Assembly: GCF_006345805.1 (NCBI RefSeq)
Contig: NC_043010.1
Span: forward strand, 53,258,001 to 53,322,000
From: Octopus sinensis
Taxonomy: Eukaryota
DNA length: 64,000 bases
Direction of reading: 5' to 3'
Shown here: piece by piece, positions 54,040 through 64,000 of the stretch
Numbering within the stretch: position 1 is the stretch's first letter
Layout: each line of letters begins with the position of its first letter
Made by a program: the position numbers and the translations under genes
The notes under the pieces: generated by a model
Databases searched by the model: none
Told to the model about the DNA's origin: nothing
The model's input: only the letters and a program-made list of their open reading frames with translations

Positions 54040-54270
54040 ATATATATACATTTTCCTGCATTTTTATTCGTTAGTTACTGCACGCATTTTTTTCTCTCCT
54101 TCTTTCTGTGTTTTTTTTTCTCTCTGTGTATCTTTCTGTTGAAGAGCGTAGGCTCGAAACGTTAAAGACTTGTTTTATTTATATTTCCTGAGCGCCATAC
54201 TAATACAATTGGTTGTTTGTTTTCCACCTGCCTTCGTCTTTTGTCTATTTTCATAAAGCTTCCCGTTATA
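54040..54270 (+). mobile_element. (TA)n-embedded element with minimal hammerhead (CUGUUGA variant)
   Basis: TCTTT-CTGTTGA-A-GAGC-gtag-GCTC-GAAAC-GTT-AAAGA at 54131-54168; TTTCCTGAGCG motif shared with the 4296/50041 family. Confidence 0.65.
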
Positions 54271-54983
54271 TATACATATATATATAAACATACATACATA
54301 AATTTATATACGTATATATATATATATATATATATATATACGTATAAAAGAAAGCAAGGCACTTACAGAATTCTGTCTACCTCTCTATCTATCTATCTCG
54401 CTCTCTCTATATATATATACATATATATACGTATATGTATATATGTGTGTGTGTGTGGTGTGTGTGTGTGTTCTTGTACAAATAACTTTAAAGTGTGATG
54501 TCCACATAATACACGTAATATATGTATGTATAAATAAATCTTACCATTTTTTTCCGTTCTTGTAAGAAAATAATTACTTTGAAATGTAATTATATAATTC
54601 AAAAAAACACTTCAAAGAAACGTAGAGAGAATGGGAGGAGAGAGAGGATGATGAGGCACAAAAAGATAAAGAACGGTAAAAACCCGAAAGAGAAGCAGAA
54701 AAGTAGAACAATGAGATAACGAAAGACGCTATGACGTCACAAACTTTGCAGTATTCTTATATTCTTCATTCTCCTGCCCCTTTCATGTCAAAATTTCCTT
54801 ACCACTTTCCTTTTCCCTTTCTGTATCTCTCTTTCTGTCTGTCTGTCTGTCTATATATTTATCTCTTTAACTCCCCCCTCCCGATCCTTCTGCATGGTTT
54901 TTCCTTCGGAGTAAAATTGCGAGAGTGTTACGCAAAGGATAGCAAGGCACTTACTGAATTGTGTCTATCCCTCTATCTATCTT

Positions 54984-55038
<55 letters not shown>

Positions 55039-55121
55039 CGCCCCACCTTTCTCATTCTCTCTTTCTGTCTCTCTGTCTCTCTATATATACATGTATGTGA
55101 TTATATATGTGCATTTATATA

Positions 55122-55177
<56 letters not shown>

Positions 55178-55835
55178 TTTATATTGTATAGAGGGCATTA
55201 TTACACATAAATGCCTCACACTAAGAGGGACATAAGTCATTACTACCAAAATTTCACTAATCATATCTAATGCAGTTTTTCAAAGCAAGACATTTAAAAA
55301 ATGAATTTAGTTCTATATCACCTGTGATTTCACATTTACCGCATATAAAATATGCGTCTATGCTCATCAGTAGAACTAATTCTGAACACATCATAAATAA
55401 ACGACCGACATTACCTGGCGAAGTCGAACAGACAACTGCTCTCTCCGGCGAAGCACATGGAGATGTTTATAAATCATATATTCGGTAAATGGCGGGCTTT
55501 TTCGAACTGCATTTCGGTTAGGAAAAGTTTTTTCGGAATAAATTTAACAATTAAGGATAACTTCTTAATAAAGAATCTTAACAAGTAATTATCAGGTAGT
55601 TAGCGTGAAAAACCTCATAAGAAAAAAATTCGAAAATACTTTTTTCTTTTGAACATATTAATTTATATTGTATAGAGGGCATTATTACACATAAATGCCT
55701 CACACTATATATATATATATATAAATACACACACATATGTATGTTTGTGTGTATGTACGAATCTTTGTATGTAAGGATGTATGTATATATATATATATAT
55801 ATACATATATGTATATGTATGTATATATATGTATA

Positions 55836-56008
55836 TACTTTATTTAAAGCAGCAGAAAATTCTACAAAACCTGTTACTCTGAGTTTCGCGTTGCCGTTCA
55901 TCGGACAGTTTTTGCTTATAGCTGCTTTAAATAAAGCATATTACTCTACCACTGATATTTGAGTACTCTTTTTTTCCACCTTGTTTCACATTTATGTGTT
56001 TATTCCGT
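55836..56008 (-). mobile_element. (TA)n-embedded element: hammerhead enclosed in a 15-bp stem + tail
   Basis: Minus CTGT-CCGATGA-ACG-gcaa-CGC-GAAACTCAGAGTA-ACAG (55908-55871); TTTATTTAAAGCAGC / GCTGCTTTAAATAAA. Confidence 0.7.
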
Positions 56009-56033
56009 ATATATATAATATATATATATATAT

Positions 56034-56068
<35 letters not shown>

Positions 56069-56126
56069 GTGTGTGGTGTGTGTGTGTGTGTGTGTATGTA
56101 TATGTATATATTATGTATATCTAAGC

Positions 56127-56170
<44 letters not shown>

Positions 56171-56173
<3 letters not shown>

Positions 56174-56588
56174 TGTGTGCTAAGTAGCTTTCTTACCAAT
56201 CACATGTATCCGGGTTCCGTTCCACTGCGGGGCACCTTGGGCAAGTATCTTCTTCTACTATAGCCTCGGGCCGACCAAAGCGTTGTGAGTGGATTTGGTA
56301 GACGGAGACTGAAAGAAGCCCGTCGTGTATAATATATATATATATGTGTGTGTACGTGTGAGTGCGTGTTGTGTGTATGTATGTGGGGTTGTGTCTGTGT
56401 TTGTCCCTCCAACATCGCCTGACAACCGATGTTGATGTTTTTATATCCCCGTAACGAAACTGTTCGGCAAAAGCGTCCGATAGAATAAGTATTAGGTTAC
56501 AAAGAATAAGTCCTGGGTTCGATTTGCTCGACTAAAGGCGGTGCTCCATCATGGCCACAGTCAAATGACTGAAGAAATAAAAGAATAA
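56171..56588 (+). mobile_element. SINE family A
   Basis: Colinear with 38304-38720. Confidence 0.9.
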
Positions 56589-56611
56589 AAAATTCTATAT
56601 ATATATATAAT

Positions 56612-56642
<31 letters not shown>

Positions 56643-56664
56643 CCAGATACACATATATTCATAC

Positions 56665-56699
<35 letters not shown>

Positions 56700-57679
56700 A
56701 CATATATATATGTGTGTGTAGATGTCTGTATCGATATGTGAATGAGTGTGTGTGTGTGTCTGTTAATGTGTGTGTGCGTGTAAACGCTGTCCTTACGTTT
56801 CCGGACTACCAAATATTTATTCACAAGGGAATTGGTGCCACAAAAAAAGGAACTCGCCCACAGTTAAGTGCCGTGGATCGAACATAAGAACACGTTACAT
56901 CTTTCCCTCAGATATGTCGGTACGTCAGTAACATTATTCTAATCTTCTTGTTCTATTCTCTTTTCAAATATAACTCTTTTCAAATTTATATAAAAATGGA
57001 ACACCCATTTCATCGAGGGCAGAACATTGGAAAGCAAGAGTTTTGAACTGAAAATATAAATCCTCTTTAATTAATTGCTGCGAGGGTTTTGTACGACGCA
57101 CCAGCGAAGCTGCCAATGATATTCATATATGTATCATAAGATATATTATTATTACTTCATCGTGATATGATTTATTACGTATTATTACTAATATATATTA
57201 TTATCATATGTCTATAGTCATAAGTTATTAATATTTTATTTGTTATTTATATTATCGATTATATATATATATTATATATGTTCACATACATGGAAGTATA
57301 TATATATATATATACGAATTATTTATTAGCCTATATATGTTGGTTGTTTTAATATCGAATATGAATCAACGTGGCAACTTGGACTGCAATAAAATGGTCG
57401 TTGCAAATACAGTGACAATAAATTTTATTAGTGTTATTGTGGCGCTTATTATATTTTTTTGTTTATTATCGGTGCTCTTATCACACAAATTTGCATATGG
57501 ATACATATATATGTGTGTGTGTGTGTGTAAGTGTGTGTGTGTAAGTGTGTGTGTGTAAGTGTGTGTGTGTGTGTCTGTATGTGGGTGCTTATCATACTTA
57601 CATACATATATACTGTTTGCATATGTATATTATTAAAAATGATATAATATACATACGAACATATACATGCATGTATATA

Positions 57680-57751
<72 letters not shown>

Positions 57752-58315
57752 TATATGTATTATACGTATATATATGTATATATACATATATTATATATAT
57801 ATATATATATACAATATTTATATATTTATATATATACATATTCACATGTGTGTTCCTTTATATATGTCTATATATATAAATGTATACGTGTATATGAATT
57901 ATATATAAATAAATATTTGTATGAATGTGTATATAATTGCATATGTCTATACGCATGTATGTAAGCTGTCAGACAATATATTTCATATAGCAAAACATAG
58001 ATATATGTATATGACTACATGTTGTTTCTCTTCCTCTCTATAACACATCTCTCTCCCTCCCTTTGTATCTCTCTCACCCTTCCTCTCTTTCTGTCTGTCT
58101 GCCTCTCTATTTCTCTCTCTCTCTCTCTCTGCTATACATATATATATATATATATATATAATATCAAGATATATTTATATATGTATATATATTCAAAGAT
58201 ATAGATATTATTTATATATATATATATATATATATTTAATATATATTCAAAGATATATATATATATGTATGTATATATACTCTAATTATTATTATACATA
58301 TATGGAAATGTTTAC

Positions 58316-58354
<39 letters not shown>

Positions 58355-59098
58355 CACATATATATATTATATATATATATATATATATAATAAGTGAGTG
58401 TGTATTGTTTATGTGTGCGTGTGTATGTGTGTGTATGTATGTATTTATATGTGATTGGGTTGCCACTGTGTACATATGTATGGTTCGAATGGAAATATGT
58501 AGTTTCCTGTAGACGTATCTAATTTCAATGTTCACTACAATATAAGCAGCGGGTGGCACTTATTATTATTAAGCGAGTAGAAATGACATATTTTGGCAGA
58601 GACCAAAAACAAGTTGACTTCCTTCGTATGTGATTTGCCAGGTTATTTCGTTGGTTCGTCTCTAATACTACATGTAACCGTCGTTGTTGCCGGTCTGGAC
58701 TGAAGCCACTTAAAACACGTATATACGTACATATACAAACGTGGCGGAATAATAGTGTAAGTACCAATATATATTAAGTTTATTACTGTAGATGTACGAG
58801 TTTTTAACAAAGCAACAGGCTGAACAGCAACTGTTGTTTTCATAGTAATAAATACCACCACCACCATGACCACTACCACTACTACTACTACTACTACTAC
58901 CACTGTGACAACAACAAAAATAATAGCAGTAACAGACAGGAAAGCAGTGCCACAGTAAATTTAATAAACGTGGTACAATGAAGAATGAGAAAACTTGCAC
59001 TACTATATACACTCACACGCACTCGCATATAGACCAAAAGACATACACACGCATATATATATATTTACATAAATATATATATATATATTATATATTAC

Positions 59099-59129
<31 letters not shown>

Positions 59130-59167
59130 ATATATATAAATATATATATATGTATATATATATATAT

Positions 59168-59199
<32 letters not shown>

Positions 59200-59769
59200 C
59201 ATATACGTGTGCCTGTGCGTACGTATGTATTTATCTGTATATGGATATGTACATGTATTTATAAAACTATATAATATATATATATATAAATTATAATATA
59301 CAGGTTCTATAGAATTCAAGCAGCGTATATATATATATATATATTGTGTGTGTGTGTGTTTGTATGAATGTACGTATATATGCTTATCTATTTATATTTT
59401 GCCAATTCTAGAGAGATTTAGACTCGGACACACTTGATTAAACGACCGACACAATTGTTTATAATGAAACATTTGATTAAATCGACCCAAGATCTTGACT
59501 CTTGTACATATTTTATTACTTTCGGGGTGATAAAATATAAAGCCATGTCCAGTGTGCCTTGAACTCTTAGCGTAAAGGTCTCTAACTAATTTCTATAAAA
59601 TATCTGTACTCTGTCACTTTTACTAGATTTCCCGCTTACCTACTTATAGGGCCCCCGTGGTGGTGTGTGCGCCTGTAAATACAACTACACAAACACGCAC
59701 ACACATACACACACACACATATATATATTATATATATATATAATAATATATATATATATATATATATAT

Positions 59770-60836
59770 ATTGATATAATAGTAAGACAACAAAAAATAT
59801 ATATATTGATAAAAATGGAAAGACAACAATGTGTAGGTATGCACATGCGCGCTTACACGAATACTAAGAACTTTTTTACCTCCTTATTTTACTCCCTCCC
59901 CTCACGTAGCAGTCATTCAAATAGCTCTTTTGTCTTAATATCCGTCAGCCATATAGTCATTACCCTTTGTATAATGGTCATTTCTCATAGCATTTTTCCG
60001 ATGGCCGGATAACTGAAGAGATGGCGCCGTGGGTTTCCACCTCGGCATCCGAAACTCGGACTCTTATCATGGCTACCGAATAATTGTCACATATTACATT
60101 TACAGATATATATATATATATATATTGATAAAAACGGTAAGATAACAAAAGACCTCGATATCATGTAAATAGAGGAATTTATCTGTAAATGTAATATGTG
60201 ACAATTATTCGGTAGCCATGATAAAACTCCGAGTTTCTGATGCCGATGTGGTAATCCACGTAGACATCTCTTCATTTATCCGGCTATCGGAAAAACACAA
60301 TAAAAAATGACCGTTATACAAAGGGAAATTACTGTGTGATTGACCGTTATGAAGACAAAAGAGCTATTCGAATGACCGCTAAGTAAGGGAGTAAAGTAAG
60401 GAGGTAAAAAGTCCATAGTATTCGCGTAAGCGCGCCTGTTCATACCTGCACATGTGCGCCCGCACACACACGTGCGTGCGCATATATTCATCCACCCTCA
60501 CTTGAAACACGTACGCATCCTCACTCGCATCCTTCGCCAAATGTATATGCATATACATATAAACCCACACAAACACGCGCACCATAAAGGTTCATACACA
60601 CGGTGCGCGCGTGTGTGTGTGTTTGTTTATATGTATAGGCATATACATTTGGCGAAGGATGCGAGTGAGCATGTGTACGTATTTCAAGTGAGAGTGGATG
60701 AATATATGCACACGCACGTATGTGTGCGGGCGCACATGTGTAGGTATGAACAGGCGCGCTTACGCGAATACTATGAACTATTTAGCCCCTTATTTAGCGG
60801 TCATTCGAATAGCTCTTTTGTCTAAATCACGGTCAA
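59770..60836. mobile_element. Two head-to-head hammerhead-bearing foldback elements (Penelope-like inverted terminal-repeat structure)
   Basis: 59829-60108 is inverted relative to 60181-60453, and 60340-60583 to 60602-60836; hammerheads at 60008-60068 (+) and 60280-60220 (-). Confidence 0.75.
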
Positions 60837-60837
60837 T

Positions 60838-61345
60838 TCATGGGGTACCCATTTTCCAGGTTTAGGAAACTTTCCAAGTTGTTGAAGATGACCATGAACG
60901 GTTGTATGGTTTGAACTAAGCTTTATTGCCAATTCTTCATCTGATAATGCAGGATTTTCTTCAAGTAATGCTTCAAGGAGCTTAACATCAAACTCAACTG
61001 GACACCTTGTTCGATCTTCATCATCAAGGTTGAAATCTCCACTTCTGAATTTTGCAAACCATCTGCAAATTCTTTCAATGAAGCATTCTTTACCATAAAC
61101 TTCCGAGTCGCTTCGGCTGCAGAGTTTCCTTTTTTGTACTCATAAAGCATTATGTACCTCAAATGTTAGAAAGGGTTTTAATCAAAAACTTTTGATTCTA
61201 TTATTCCGTAAAATAATATTTGATTAGTATAAATGTACACAAATGCATAACAATTTTTAATTCCATTAGACATTCTAAAATACTACTAAATTTCATACAA
61301 TTATAAAAAAGGCAAAATCGGACAGAACTTATGGGATGACCGGAT
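60838..61345 (-). mobile_element. Mariner element 5' half (HTH region) with TIR
   Basis: LRYIMLYEYKKGNSAAEATR..RWFAKFRSGDFNLDDEDR..LGKFPKPGKWVPH; TIR ..AAAATCGGACAGAACTTATGGGATGACC. Confidence 0.9.
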
Positions 61346-62519
61346 AATAGATCAAGAAACAGCTGACAACTATTGGAATAAACATCTCTTCTGTCACTCT
61401 TATCCAATAATTCATATATAGATAGATAGATAGATAGATGGACACATACACGCACACAAACATATAATATACACACACAATTTATATGTATACACATATA
61501 TACATATGCATATAGACATATACATATATACATATATATGTATATATATTACCTATATACATATATATATACGCATATATGTATATATATTCATACATAT
61601 ATGCATGTACATATATATATATATACATATATATGTAAATATATACATATATATATATATATGTATATAGGTATATGCATACATATATATATAGATATAT
61701 GTATGTATATACATATATATATATGCGTATATACAAGTTGACATATATGCATATACATATATGTATGCATTCATGTACGCATATATGTATACGCTTATGA
61801 ATGCGTCTCTATGAGTGTGACTGTCTTCGTGTTTTCTTTTGTATGTATATATATTTATTATGCCAATAATGAGAGGAAATAACCACACCAATAAGAAGAA
61901 TAACATTTACTGCCGTAATATTTACAGACATTGCTGTAGTTCAATTTACAAGATTAATTAATATGGCACTCAGTTTGATGCTACTGACATTTTGTCTTGT
62001 GTTATGTATTTCTTCTTCTTATGGCATTAGATGTAGCGTATGTCATTAAAGGACGGCCCGAAGAAGTTCTGCGAAATGTTGATAACCATATAATTAGTCT
62101 AAGCAAAGCTTAACAAGAGTTAGCGTAGTACTGTAATGGTTTTTGTACTGAGACACTAATCTAAGTATTCGAGGAGAAAAAAAAATGGTATTTTCATGTC
62201 ATCATCATCATTATCATTATCATCAACGTCGTCTTCGACGTTGTCATCGTGATCGTCGCCATAATCGTTGTGATCGTCGTCGACATCCTCCTTCTCACCA
62301 TCATTATTATCATTATACACATCGTCTATTCGTTATTGTCGTCTTCGTCACAATCATCATCATCATTATCATCATCATCATCCTTATAAGTCATGCGTCG
62401 ACTGGCGAAGATGACTTTCCGTGTGCACACATCTGTCTATGAGTGTTTTCCTTCAGTAACAGAACTTAAGGGTACCAAATCGCCAGCGTTAAAACAGCCG
62501 CGCCCAGTTCTCTCATTCT

Positions 62520-62752
62520 TATTCCTTTATTGCCCACAAGGAGCTAAACATAGAGGAGACAAACAAGGACAGACAATGGGATTAAGTCGATTATATCGAC
62601 TCCAGTACGTAACTGGTACTTATTTAATCGACCCCGAAAGGATGAAAGGCAAAGTCGACCTCGGCGGAATTTGAACTCGGAACGTAACGGAAGACAAAAT
62701 ACCGCTAAGCATTTCGCTCGACGTGCTAAAGTTTCTGCCAGTTCGCCGCCGC
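62520..62752 (-). mobile_element. SINE family B, full length
   Basis: Reverse complement of the consensus. Confidence 0.92.
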
Positions 62753-63444
62753 CAATTCTCTCATTCTCTCCATTGCTGGTCTTTCGGCTATCCAAATGCC
62801 AAGCTGACCATTATCATCCTGCGATCTAATTTCTACACCGGTCTAGTACTGATAATGATTGTACAACCCAAACAGGTTAAAGTAACTCGTCACTACGAAC
62901 TCTCGAACTTCGACAACAATCGGCTCAGACTGTTCAATCTCAATTGCATCTGGGCTTCGCGATGAGAAGATTTTGGCCTTCAAGATCTTACTATTGAAAC
63001 AGAAATTTTAATCGCATCATGAAAGTAATCCACCAGAGAATGCTTGTTTTCTGCCCTGCAAAATGTAGCAACATTCATCAGCAAATACTTCTCTCGGCTG
63101 TAAGCATCTTCGGTCTTAAATCTTGGTCGCGATATTTTCACCGAGGTAACATCAAGTTTTCTGTTGAATTGTGGAATAATTTCATGATTATCACTGACTA
63201 TAAGTGTGGGAATTTGCTAGCTCTAGCAGACAGAGATTGTTTAAAGTTCAACTTAACATTAGGCGATTCTGTTGAATCGGGTGGTAGAGTATTATCAGTC
63301 ATATGATATGGTGGATAACTTATGAGGTATACTTTTTCATCGTGGGTAATATCAGGAAAAATAATATACACAACAAAAGCACTAACAGAGCGCAAACCTG
63401 CGCCAAAGCAACACCAACGTCCTCTCAACGATTAGCCGGAGATG

Positions 63445-63732
63445 ATTTTTAAAATGAGAATATCAGAAATAAATTCGACTGCGCTCACAAACGAGAATAC
63501 TGAAAATGAACCCGAGTCATCTCAGAAAAAGTTAAAAAACCGGAAAAATAATCCAGAATCTTTGTCCAGTACCGAATCAATCCCAAAATCTAACCAGTTC
63601 GTGCGAGTCACGTGGCCAAACAACCCTGAAAGTTTCATCAGAATCGATCCAGCAGTTATTGAGATATTCTGTCCACAAACAAGCAAACAGGACTGATAAC
63701 AAAATGTCTGCCTTCGCTAAGGTGGAGGTAAT
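63445..63732 (+). mobile_element. Helentron/HINE-like non-autonomous element
   Basis: AAGTTTCATCAGAATCG..ACAAAC repeat followed by terminal hairpin CTGCCTT-cgct-AAGGTGG-AGGTAAT; left boundary uncertain. Confidence 0.55.
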
Positions 63733-64000
63733 TATCATTTAACTTTTAAAAAAATTTCTTGGTGCTTATACAAGCTAATGAAATAAACACTTATTTTCAA
63801 ATGGAAAATACTTATTACCTTGAAATAAAATTAAATCGAACAAATTTCTCGTTTCTATATTGTGGAAATGGTTTATATTTTTCTAAATTTTATCATCTTA
63901 TTCGCAATTTACTCCATGGAAAAGCTATCTCTGGAAACTTTCATTTAAGACTTGCGTTTTGTCAGATAGATATTAGACACCCATTTGGTGCCTTCTACAT

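Overview
AT-rich, microsatellite-saturated eukaryotic DNA. The SINE families and repeat landscape look like an Octopus (coleoid cephalopod) genome; that assignment is from recall, not a search. No intact protein-coding gene, rRNA, true tRNA or CRISPR array is supported, and almost all ORFs in the track are microsatellite artefacts. The window holds four tRNA-derived SINE families (many copies, some nested or multimeric), decayed Tc1/mariner transposases, Tc2/pogo- and hAT-type MITEs, Helitron/Helentron-type elements, an RTE LINE 3' remnant and an R4/Dong remnant in (TAA)n. It also has a homogeneous 27 x 151-bp tandem array (45399-49470) and a probable decayed CD20/MS4A/sarcospan-like four-TM gene on the minus strand. 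The most interesting signal is a set of short non-coding elements embedded in (TA)n microsatellites. Several carry minimal type I hammerhead-ribozyme cores with palindromic stem III, and several share an 'inverted arm + 3' tail' foldback architecture. This suggests a family of non-autonomous Penelope-like/retrozyme-like retroelements.
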